From contig CAXXGJ010000025.1 of the NCBI GenBank assembly GCA_963677895.2, positions 32,001 to 96,000 on the forward strand: 64,000 nt of DNA. Direction: 5' to 3'. This DNA comes from Treponemataceae bacterium (GTDB lineage Bacteria; Spirochaetota; Spirochaetia; Treponematales; Rectinemataceae). Under the pieces are notes generated by a model. It was not told the DNA's origin. It ran no database searches and saw only the letters and a program-made list of their open reading frames with translations. A program made the position numbers and the translations under genes. This document shows positions 29,608 to 37,754 of the stretch, one piece after another (within the stretch, counting starts at the first letter, position 1; the number at the start of each line of letters is the position of its first letter).

Positions 29608-30603
29608 TCAGCGTTTGGATCCGATTTCCTTTACCCAGCGCTCGAGAAGCCTTTCCTTGTTGCTCGCGTCCCAGACGATATCCTGCTTGACTGTCTTCAC
29701 TTCGGTCATGCTGAAGGCGGCCGGATTTTTCTTAGCCAGCTTGGAGAGCGGGACGACATACCACTTCGCGATGATTTCCTGGGCTTCGGGCTGAAGAACC
29801 CAGTCGTAGAGCTTTTTCGCGTTGACAGGATCGGGGCCGCCCTTCACGAGGGACATGGAGGCGATCTCGAAACCGGTGCCTTCGGAGGGAATCGTGAGCG
29901 TGACGTCGGCGCCCTGAACCTTGAGCTTGACCTGGTCGTGCGCATACCCTATGCCGACGGGAATCTCGCCGATAGCGACGCTTTTCCCCGGCGCCGAACC
30001 GGATTTCGTGTACTGGTCGATGTTCTTGTCAAGTTCCCTGAGGTAGCTGAATACCTTCTCCTCATCGCCGTTGAACACGTAACGGAGGGTGGTCACCAGA
30101 TTGTATGCCGTTCCCGATGTCGTGGGATTGGGCATGCGGATCTTGCCCTTATATTCCGGCTTGAGAAGGTCGGCCCAGGACTTCGGAGGCTGGAGCCCCT
30201 GTTCTTTGGCGATCTTGTTATTGGTGATGAAGGAGAGGGGACCAAGGTAAAGTCCTACCCAGTAGTTTTCCGTGTCGCGGTATTCGGCGGGGGTATTGGC
30301 GAGCATCTTGGATTTGTAGGGAGTCGTGAGTCCCTTGATCTTGGCGCTCATGTGGTTGAGTCCGACGCCGCCGACCCAGATGGAAGCCTGGGGATTGGCT
30401 TTTTCGGCCTCAAGCCTGCTTTCCACTTCTCCGCCCGAAAGTCTCTGCCAGCTGATCTGGATACCGGTTTCTTTCTGGAACTGGTCGAAGAGTTCCTTGG
30501 CGAGGGGTTCCTCGAGCGTCGTGTAGACGCCGACTTTCTGCTGGGCGGTCACAAAACCCGTCGCGAGCACGAGGACGACGAAAAGCGTCAATAAACGTTT
30601 CAT
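29608..30603 (-). CDS. ABC transporter substrate-binding protein (FbpA/AfuA-like)
   Basis: Signal peptide MKRLL; RLSGGEV, PNPTTSGTAY, PSEGTGFEI; GGAGG RBS. Confidence 0.88.
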   Translation of the reverse strand: MKRLLTLFVVLVLATGFVTAQQKVGVYTTLEEPLAKELFDQFQKETGIQISWQRLSGGEVESRLEAEKANPQASIWVGGVGLNHMSAKIKGLTTPYKSKMLANTPAEYRDTENYWVGLYLGPLSFITNNKIAKEQGLQPPKSWADLLKPEYKGKIRMPNPTTSGTAYNLVTTLRYVFNGDEEKVFSYLRELDKNIDQYTKSGSAPGKSVAIGEIPVGIGYAHDQVKLKVQGADVTLTIPSEGTGFEIASMSLVKGGPDPVNAKKLYDWVLQPEAQEIIAKWYVVPLSKLAKKNPAAFSMTEVKTVKQDIVWDASNKERLLERWVKEIGSKR

Positions 30604-30962
30604 TTTAGCCTCCGAAAAAAAACGAGTTGAAATATACGATGAGCCCATAATACGCCCACCGGATAAAATCCGCAATATAAAAGCTCGCAAAACCGGTTTT
30701 CACGAGTGTTTCTTTTTAACACATTGTCTAGGGTGTTTTTAATACAGGTGTATTCAACGGGAACATAAAAGACGGAATTCCCGAGGCGCTGTTCCCGCCT
30801 GTCTCGCGGGCGATTAAACCCCAGGGCTTTTCGCTCGCTTTTACGTCAATCCGCGAGACATCGGGCTCAACAAGGGAATTGGAGAAATATATAAATCTAT
30901 TCAATATATATAATTAGAAATTACTCAAATTTTATAATATTTTTTGTCGCGTTTTAAGTTTT

Positions 30963-30978
30963 TGGCACGCATTGTGCA
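30963..30978 (+). promoter_or_regulatory. Sigma54 (-24/-12) promoter upstream of hsp20
   Basis: TGGCACGCATTGTGCA: GG and GC separated by exactly 10 nt, preceded by a very AT-rich tract (about 30880-30960). Confidence 0.7.
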
Positions 30979-31081
30979 TAGTAATAGGTGGGCGCCAATA
31001 AGGGCCCCACCAGGATGTGGCGGCTTGTAGAGCCGAAGCCCATCCGGCGAATTCCGGAAATTCCGGATGTTTGGAGGTTTT

Positions 31082-31501
31082 ATGAACAACGTAACACTTT
31101 ATGGAAGCAATCCCTTCGATCTCATCGACCAGATGTTCAGCGGCGACGAATTCCTCTATCCGCAGTTCCGAACCCCGGCCATCGACGTCCGCGACGAAGA
31201 GAATCGCTATATAATCGAAGCGGAGCTTCCCGGCTATTCCGAGAAGGACATCAAGCTCGAAGTCAAGGACGGCACGCTTTCCCTCTCCACCGCGAAAAGC
31301 GATACGGAAGGCGAAAAGAACGAAAAGGGCCGCTGGCTGCATAGGGAACGCAGGGAATTCCGCTTCTCCCGCTCTTTCTCTCTTCCCGACGACGTGGACG
31401 CGGAGAAAATCGAAGCGAAATATAGGGATGGTCTCCTGACGATCTCTCTCGAAAAAAAGCCGGAGTCTGCTCCCCGCCTGGTGCCGGTAAAAGCGGCCTA
31501 A
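31082..31501 (+). CDS. Hsp20/alpha-crystallin small heat-shock protein
   Basis: PAIDVRDE, EAELPG, FSRSFSLP, AKYRDGLLTISL; GGAGG RBS. Confidence 0.95.
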   Translation: MNNVTLYGSNPFDLIDQMFSGDEFLYPQFRTPAIDVRDEENRYIIEAELPGYSEKDIKLEVKDGTLSLSTAKSDTEGEKNEKGRWLHRERREFRFSRSFSLPDDVDAEKIEAKYRDGLLTISLEKKPESAPRLVPVKAA

Positions 31502-31521
31502 GCTTCCAGTCCGGAACGATC

Positions 31522-31563
31522 GGGGCTGCCCGCGAGACAATCGCGGGCAGCCCCATTTTTTTT
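31522..31563 (+). terminator. Intrinsic terminator
   Basis: GGGGCTGCCCGCGA-gacaa-TCGCGGGCAGCCCC followed by a T-run. Confidence 0.9.
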
Positions 31564-31577
31564 GCGAATTCGGCAAC

Positions 31578-31595
31578 CCGTAACATATGTTACAG
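31578..31595. promoter_or_regulatory. Palindromic operator, Crp/Fnr-family HcpR-like site
   Basis: CCGTAACATATGTTACAG with perfect palindromic core GTAACATATGTTAC upstream of the 4Fe-4S protein gene. Confidence 0.6.
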
Positions 31596-31672
31596 ATCAT
31601 CGATGGGCGTCGCCTTATACTCGAGATGAAAAACGGCGAGAAGTGGCCGGCAGACCACAAGGCGAGGGGAAA

Positions 31673-32527
31673 ATGGCGAAACGCACGATAATCGAAATAG
31701 ATCAGGATCTCTGCAACGGCTGCGGCGCTTGCGAAACAGGTTGCCCCGAAGGCGCCCTTAAGGTCATAGACGGAAAGGCCAGACTCGTCGGCGAAAGCCT
31801 CTGCGACGGGCTGGGCGCATGCATCGGCCGCTGTCCCGTGGACGCGATTCACGTCATCGAAAGGGAAGCCGACGCCTACGACGAGATCGCCGTGCTCAAG
31901 GAAATACTCCCCCAGGGTCAGAGCGTCGTGCGGGCGCATTTCGCCCATCTCGATCACCATGGCCAGGACCTTTATCTGGAAAGGGCTGTCGCTTACCTCT
32001 CCGCCCAGAACATCGCCATTCCCCAGGGATATGAACGCTTCGGACAGAAAAAATCAGCGCCGGCCTTCGTAAAATCCTGCGGCGCCTTTTCGGCGCTGAA
32101 GGAAAAAACGGCTTCCGCCCCGGAATCCATCCCGTCGAAGCCTTCCGGCGTTTCGGCGCTAAAGAATTGGCCGATCCAGCTCCATCTGGTGAATCCCAGG
32201 GCTCCCCATTTCGCCGATGCTGACATCGTCATCGCCGCCGACTGCACGGCATTCGCGCTGGGTTCCTTCCATGCCGACATCATCGGGGGAAAATCCCTCG
32301 TCATCGCCTGCCCGAAGCTGGATTCGGGGAAAGACATCTACCTTTCCAAGCTGGCCGATATACTGCGGCAGGCCCGAAGTACTTCGGTCGTCATCATGGA
32401 AGTGCCCTGCTGTTCCGGTCTCCTGAAGCTGGTTCAGGAAGCACGGTCCATGGCCGGAGCGACGTTGCCGATCGACGTTCTCATCGTCGGAATAGACGGC
32501 GGCTTCGTCGCCAGGAAAACAGTTTGA
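31673..32527 (+). CDS. 4Fe-4S dicluster protein with C-terminal Cys-containing domain (FrdX-like, often hcp-associated)
   Basis: CNGCGACETGCP and CDGLGACIGRCP; C-terminal WPIQLHLV, ADCTAF, ACPKLD, MEVPCC. Confidence 0.8.
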   Translation: MAKRTIIEIDQDLCNGCGACETGCPEGALKVIDGKARLVGESLCDGLGACIGRCPVDAIHVIEREADAYDEIAVLKEILPQGQSVVRAHFAHLDHHGQDLYLERAVAYLSAQNIAIPQGYERFGQKKSAPAFVKSCGAFSALKEKTASAPESIPSKPSGVSALKNWPIQLHLVNPRAPHFADADIVIAADCTAFALGSFHADIIGGKSLVIACPKLDSGKDIYLSKLADILRQARSTSVVIMEVPCCSGLLKLVQEARSMAGATLPIDVLIVGIDGGFVARKTV

Positions 32528-32553
32528 TTCATGTAAGGTGCGGGATGTATAAT
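32524..32553 (+). promoter_or_regulatory. Putative sigma70 promoter for ferredoxin
   Basis: TTGATT-18 nt-TATAAT. Confidence 0.5.
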
Positions 32554-32586
32554 CAAGCACTATCATTTACGTCTATGGAGGGGATT

Positions 32587-32817
32587 ATGGCGGACAAATC
32601 ATCAAAAAATCCCGGCAACGTCGCGGGAAAGTGGTATGTGGATTCGACATGCATAGGCTGCGCCCTGTGCAACGGCACGGCGCCCGACGTTTTCGCGATG
32701 ACCGACGACGGATCGCTGGCCTTCGTCGCCAAGCAGCCGGGACCCGGCGGCGAGACGGAGCTGGCGGTACAGGCGCTCAGCGACTGCCCCGTGGGAGCCA
32801 TAGGCAACGACGCGTAA
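32587..32817 (+). CDS. Single-cluster ferredoxin
   Basis: YVDSTCIGCALC...AP...CPVGAIG; GGAGG RBS. Confidence 0.9.
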   Translation: MADKSSKNPGNVAGKWYVDSTCIGCALCNGTAPDVFAMTDDGSLAFVAKQPGPGGETELAVQALSDCPVGAIGNDA

Positions 32818-32874
32818 GCCTGGCGGCAATGACGAGGCTGACCTCCACTGAAGGGGCGGCCGCCGCGGCTCCTT

Positions 32875-32906
32875 GGGGCGGGCAGGATCGCGATCCTGCC
32901 CGCCCC
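32875..32906. terminator. Perfect 32-bp palindrome between convergent genes
   Basis: GGGGCGGGCAGGATCG|CGATCCTGCCCGCCCC. Confidence 0.6.
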
Positions 32907-32910
32907 CGCT

Positions 32911-34026
32911 TCACATCAAATTCTCGGGATTGAGCCTCTCGAGTTCCGGCAGCACAAACCGGCCGTCCTTCCTCGCGAGCTTGCCGTCCAGCCAGATTTC
33001 CCCGCCTCCCGACGCCTCGTCCTGTTTGAGCACGAGGTCCCAGTGCAGGCTCGACCGGTTGCCGTTGAAACAGTCGTCGTAAGAATTCCCCGGCGTTATG
33101 TGCACCGAGCCGGCGATCTTCTCGTCGAACAAGGTATCCAGCAAGGGCTGAGTGATATAGGGATTGACGCCGAAGGCGAACTCGCCCAGATACCGCGCTC
33201 CCTCATCTATGTCGAGCATCGCGTTGACGCGCTTCGTGTCGTTCGCCCGCGCGTCCACGATCTTTCCGTTCTTGAACTCGAACCTCACCTGCTCGAACTT
33301 GAATCCATCCTTCTCGCTCGGCGTATTGTAGCTTAAGACCCCATTCACCGAATCCCTCACGGGAGCCGTATACACTTCCCCGTCGGGGATGTTCATCGTC
33401 CCGTCGCACTTGATGGCGGGGAGGCCCTTGATCGAAAAAGCGAGATCGGTGCCCGGTCCCAGCACCCGAACCTTGTCCGTGCTTTCGAGAAGCTTCACCA
33501 GGGGATCCATGGCCTTCGACATTTTGGCGTAATCCATGGTGCAGACATCGAAGAAATAATCCTCGAAAGCCGCTTCGCTCATGGCCGCGTTTTGGGCCAT
33601 CGCGGGCGACGGATAGCGGAGCACCACCCATCTCGTGTGCGGGACTCTCTGCTCGATATGCACTTTTTTCCAGATATGCTTATTATACAGATCCATTTTT
33701 TCCGCCGGCAGGTCCTTCCAGGCGAATGCGTTGCGCAGGCTCGTGAATCCTATGAACGCGTCCATTTTCTTCATCCGCTCTAGTTCGAATTGGGCCTGCA
33801 GGACAAACTGCTCCTCGGGGCCGTTCAGGTACAGTTCCCTCTCCACCGCCTTGTCGCGGAGCGCCACGAAGGCCAGCCCTCCCGCCGCGTGGACGGCGCC
33901 AACGAGCGCCTTTACGAATTCCGGTTCCGCGTTCGTGTCCTGTATGAGCACCTTTTCGCCTTTTTTCACCATGACGGAATAATTGACCAGGATGTCGGCC
34001 AACCTTCGTATCCTCGGATCCACCAT
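32911..34026 (-). CDS. Aminopeptidase, M29 family (AmpS/PepT-like)
   Basis: NIPDGEVYTAP, ARYLGEFAFG, LFDEKIAGSVH, NRSSLHWDLV. Confidence 0.9.
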   Translation of the reverse strand: MVDPRIRRLADILVNYSVMVKKGEKVLIQDTNAEPEFVKALVGAVHAAGGLAFVALRDKAVERELYLNGPEEQFVLQAQFELERMKKMDAFIGFTSLRNAFAWKDLPAEKMDLYNKHIWKKVHIEQRVPHTRWVVLRYPSPAMAQNAAMSEAAFEDYFFDVCTMDYAKMSKAMDPLVKLLESTDKVRVLGPGTDLAFSIKGLPAIKCDGTMNIPDGEVYTAPVRDSVNGVLSYNTPSEKDGFKFEQVRFEFKNGKIVDARANDTKRVNAMLDIDEGARYLGEFAFGVNPYITQPLLDTLFDEKIAGSVHITPGNSYDDCFNGNRSSLHWDLVLKQDEASGGGEIWLDGKLARKDGRFVLPELERLNPENLM

Positions 34027-34159
34027 TTATCATCTCCTCTTAAAAGCATCTATCGATCCACAGGCGCCTGCCGGTTCCACCCGCCGGTCCGGGCGTCCTC
34101 GACGGCACCCGAGCCCCGGCGCCTCGACAAAATCATGCTTTTTCTTCATACTCATTATC

Positions 34160-34453
34160 ATGAGCGAAGAACTTCCTTCCTGTTCCGGTCCTTTCGGCGG
34201 GGTCCAGATAGAATACCCCGTCCACTTCGATCTGCGCGTCATCTACAGCAAGGCCGAAGCCCAGGATATCGCCGCGGTCCTTGAAGCGACCCTCAAGCGA
34301 ATCGCCGTTCCCTGTTCCATCATTCAGGGAGTGGCCAAGCCCGACGGAAAGTACGGACGCATGGGCGCCAGGGTAACCGTCGACTCCAAGCAGACGATGG
34401 ACAGACTCTACGCCGAAGTGTCCAAGCTTCCGGGCATCAAGGCCGTCATTTAG
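34160..34453 (+). CDS. DUF493/YbeD-like ACT-fold protein
   Basis: 97 aa; IEYPVHFDLRVI, GKYG, YAEVSKLPGIKAVI. Confidence 0.7.
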   Translation: MSEELPSCSGPFGGVQIEYPVHFDLRVIYSKAEAQDIAAVLEATLKRIAVPCSIIQGVAKPDGKYGRMGARVTVDSKQTMDRLYAEVSKLPGIKAVI

Positions 34454-34487
34454 GCGCCCTCGTCGAAGACTCGGCTGGTGCCGCGGC

Positions 34488-37400
34488 CTAAGGCCTGACC
34501 GGCCGCTCCACAGCAGCCTCGACAGGCCACTCCACAGCAGCCTCGACAGGCCGCTCCACAGCGGCTTCGGCCGCCCATGCATCCCTCACGATATAATAGC
34601 TTTTCTTCAGCTTTTCACGATAGGGAGGAGCCTCTTCCCAAACCTTCCAGAAATAGGGATACGAGGGATTCAACTCTATTCCGCCCGTCGTTTTCCCCTG
34701 CTTTTTATCCCATGCGACCGCGTCGACGAGAAAGCCGTCGGTTGCTATTGTCTTCAGCGCGTCCCTTTCTGGATTGAAATAGCCCGTCCTCGAATCCTGG
34801 AGGACCTGGCGCGAAGAAGGATCGGTCACGTTGATGTAAGTCCAGGGCAGGCGCAAAGAGATGGTCGATCCCTGGATGTTCCAGAGGTTGCCCGCTTCAT
34901 CGAAGGGACCGCGGCGCAGGGCTGAAGCGTCGAAACGCTTCTCGGCGATGCTCCTGCCGTCTTTCGTCCGCGCCGCTCCATTGACGAGCATGCTGATCCG
35001 CTCGAATTGGCCGTCGGAGAGGCGAACCGTGGCGAAGCGGGACATGGCCGCATTGTAGGTCGGGATGACGAGGAGATCAGCTTTGTCGGCCGCGTACAGG
35101 CGGAGGACAAATTCCAGTCCGGAGTTCGTCTTCATTTTGCCGATGGGCCAAAGCATCTGCCCCAGGTCTCGGCCGAGCGTATCGAGTCCGACCAGGATTT
35201 CCTCCGCGGCGAAATCGGGGGCTCGCTTAAGCTTTATCGTAATATTCAGGTACGACGCGTCGGCCGACAGTTCCATTGAATCGACGATGCCATTGCCTTT
35301 ATATGCTACATCGGGCCGTTCCGGAGTCAGGACTTCGTTCGCCATAAGGCCGTAGTTTTGCCCAGGGTCGACGGCGTTGTGCCAGAGGACATGCCGGTCG
35401 TAGGGAATCATAAGCGTCTCGGTGGTCCAGGTTTTCTTCACCCACTCGTCCATCCACTCGAAGATGACGCCGCCGGCATAGCCCTCTTTCCGGATCGCGT
35501 CCATCATCCTGAGGATGCCTTCCCCGGCCGCTGTTTCGCCTAAGCCGCCATGATGCAGTCCATCGGGGGCAAAATGCGCGATGCCCGAACCGTTGGCCAG
35601 GCCGAACTCGGCCACGAGGGCGGGATAGCGTCCATGACTCTCCATGAACTCCCTGAGATATCCGCCATAGCGGAGCAGGCCTTCTTCATCCTTGTAGGAG
35701 CCATAGGCGGTCTCATTGTTCATGAAATCGGGATAGTTCGGGTAGATGTGGTAGGCGCCGAAGAGCCCAGCTGTCATGGCGGGCGTGATTTCAAAGTGAT
35801 CTATGGTCACGCTCGCCCTGTCGTTTCCCTTATTCTTCTTGCCGGTCGCGGGGTCCCACTCCGAGTCGTGTTCCTTGGGATCCAGGGTCGGCCAGCTCAC
35901 GATGGAGACGGGATGGAGCCGGCCGTATCGAGCCGCTTCGATCGACGCCACTTCGTCCAGCGATTCGGCCAGCCATACTTCCGTCGGCGTCGCCTCTGGC
36001 CCGGCCGAGACATACTTCCCCGTATATGCGACATTCCTGTTGTGCGCATCCGTTTCCATGACTTCTTCGCTCTCAAGCTCCCGGCCCACGAGCCATCCCA
36101 GAAGCCATTTCGATACATCGGCCGTATAGATGCCCCAGGCTCTCCCCTTGCGATCCGGCACATTGGCCCGGCCGTAAACGGCATCGATGCCGTAATCGAT
36201 TTCCTTGAGGAAGCTTTCCCTATATTCGGGCGCGAGATAGTCGCCATTGGCGGGATTTTCCTCTGGCCAGATTTCCTGGAGCAGATAGAGCGTTCTGTCG
36301 GGATGCTCGGTATTGTGGATGAACAGCGCCTTATAGAACTCGGGCGGCGGAAGCGTGTAGATCCTTACGGTATTGGCATTCATGTCGGCGATGCCTTCGA
36401 GCCAACGCGCGTAGGTCCCGACGTCTTCCGGGAAATTGGTGAAGTACATACCCGGTTCCGCGAAGCCCATGTTGACGCCGCGCACGAAAAAATCTTTCCA
36501 GCTCCCGTCCTTGTCGCGTAGCTGAAAGCTTTTTCCGAAGGCCCTGACGTCGACTTTGGGTTCGCCTTGTTCGTTGGGTATCAAAGTTCTCGCGGCCTTG
36601 GCCTTTTCCGCGTCGCGTAGTATCGAGCGTATGAGCGGCACATAGGCCTTCCAGAAGAAATAGGCGTTGCTGTCCACCGAATCGTCGATAAGCAGTTTTT
36701 TCAGCCAGGAGATACCCTTCATTCCGTAGGGAGTGGATATAGCCTGGAGGTCGGCGAAATCCCCCGCGAAATACCAGCCCGAATACTGCGGGTTTTTATA
36801 GAGAAGAATGGCCGGAAAGGCTGAAGGCAGCCCGAGGCTATCCAGTTTGGCCTTTCCGCTCGCGGTAAGGTCGAGATTATAATCGGCGACGATTTCCGAT
36901 CCGCTGTCGGGGACGGTCCACTCGAACCAGGAACGGTAGGAAATAGGTTTTTTCGATTTCAGGGTTTCGGCCCAGGGATCTCTGAAGGAAAACTTCAGCC
37001 CGTCCTTGCCCAGATCGTCCTTTTCCGTCAGCACCTCGACATGGTCTTCATCCGAGATGAGAATGTATCCGCGGCCAAAAAAGCTCCATTGCTTGCCGGT
37101 TTGAGCCGCGTAATTGGATATCACCCAGGCAGGGACTTCTTTCCCCGCCGTGAGATCCTCGAAATACTTGCCGATCCATCCTTTCCACTGGATGCCCAGC
37201 AACCTTCCCAGCGTAAGCCTGTCTTTCAGGTTCGTCGGCGAGGCCGCCGAATTGAACTCGGCCATGAAGGTATTCCCGGCCCCCAGGTTCTTCCTTATCG
37301 TCTGGATATCCTCCGAGGTCAAGGCGCCGTATAGCTTGGAGGAAATTTCGCCCGCCAGCTTCTTCTGCATATAGTCGTCTTTGTAGACGCCATAGGTATC

Positions 37401-37754
37401 GGTGATATAGACGATATCGGGCCGCCGTCCATCGGCCGGCAGGGAAAGGCTTCTCCATTCGTTTTCGCCATAAGGATAGAAGCCGAAGTAATCGGATTTT
37501 TCATTATAGAGCCGTCTGGAGCCCAGCTTCGCGATTTTCTCGTTTTTCAGCACCCAGAAAAATCCGGCGTGTTCACGGTAATCTGGATATGGAACGGTCT
37601 TGTCCACAGCCCATATGTTGAGTTCGCGCGATGGGGCGACCTGCCACAAGATGAAAGGAGACAGAACGAGGAGGACCATTCCGGCCGTGATCGCGACGAG
37701 GAGGATGCCCAGGATCATCATCGTGGAACGTTGACCGATTCCAGAACTCTTCAT
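34488..37754 (-). CDS. Membrane-anchored fusion protein: N-terminal conserved hypothetical domain + C-terminal GH-A-like (GH2/GH5-like) TIM-barrel domain
   Basis: N-terminal TM helix; DKTVPYPDYREH, YITDTYGVY, YFAGDFAD in the N-half; FVRGVNMG, NANTVRIYT, GRELE, YHIYPNYP, VAEFG, FEWMDEW in the C-half. Confidence 0.7.
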   Translation of the reverse strand: MKSSGIGQRSTMMILGILLVAITAGMVLLVLSPFILWQVAPSRELNIWAVDKTVPYPDYREHAGFFWVLKNEKIAKLGSRRLYNEKSDYFGFYPYGENEWRSLSLPADGRRPDIVYITDTYGVYKDDYMQKKLAGEISSKLYGALTSEDIQTIRKNLGAGNTFMAEFNSAASPTNLKDRLTLGRLLGIQWKGWIGKYFEDLTAGKEVPAWVISNYAAQTGKQWSFFGRGYILISDEDHVEVLTEKDDLGKDGLKFSFRDPWAETLKSKKPISYRSWFEWTVPDSGSEIVADYNLDLTASGKAKLDSLGLPSAFPAILLYKNPQYSGWYFAGDFADLQAISTPYGMKGISWLKKLLIDDSVDSNAYFFWKAYVPLIRSILRDAEKAKAARTLIPNEQGEPKVDVRAFGKSFQLRDKDGSWKDFFVRGVNMGFAEPGMYFTNFPEDVGTYARWLEGIADMNANTVRIYTLPPPEFYKALFIHNTEHPDRTLYLLQEIWPEENPANGDYLAPEYRESFLKEIDYGIDAVYGRANVPDRKGRAWGIYTADVSKWLLGWLVGRELESEEVMETDAHNRNVAYTGKYVSAGPEATPTEVWLAESLDEVASIEAARYGRLHPVSIVSWPTLDPKEHDSEWDPATGKKNKGNDRASVTIDHFEITPAMTAGLFGAYHIYPNYPDFMNNETAYGSYKDEEGLLRYGGYLREFMESHGRYPALVAEFGLANGSGIAHFAPDGLHHGGLGETAAGEGILRMMDAIRKEGYAGGVIFEWMDEWVKKTWTTETLMIPYDRHVLWHNAVDPGQNYGLMANEVLTPERPDVAYKGNGIVDSMELSADASYLNITIKLKRAPDFAAEEILVGLDTLGRDLGQMLWPIGKMKTNSGLEFVLRLYAADKADLLVIPTYNAAMSRFATVRLSDGQFERISMLVNGAARTKDGRSIAEKRFDASALRRGPFDEAGNLWNIQGSTISLRLPWTYINVTDPSSRQVLQDSRTGYFNPERDALKTIATDGFLVDAVAWDKKQGKTTGGIELNPSYPYFWKVWEEAPPYREKLKKSYYIVRDAWAAEAAVERPVEAAVEWPVEAAVERPVRP
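34501..34568. repeat. 24-bp in-frame tandem repeat, about 2.8 copies, encoding AAVE(R/W)PVE at the C-terminus
   Basis: GGCCGCTCCACAGCAGCCTCGACA / GGCCACTCCACAGCAGCCTCGACA / GGCCGCTCCACAGCGGCTTC. Confidence 0.9.

Noticed and set aside
30961..30985. CIRCE element upstream of hsp20
   Set aside because: It does not match TTAGCACTC-N9-GAGTGCTAA spacing. The sigma54 -24/-12 pattern fits better.
30800..31539. 12-bp inverted match (TGTCTCGCGGGC / GCCCGCGAGACA) flanking hsp20 as possible mobile-element ends
   Set aside because: The match is short and GC-rich, one copy is part of the terminator, and no transposase or target-site duplication is visible.
34501..34568. Possible mini-CRISPR (also the repeat at 11953-11996)
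   Set aside because: The repeats are directly adjacent with no unique spacers, lie at coding ends, and no cas genes are present.
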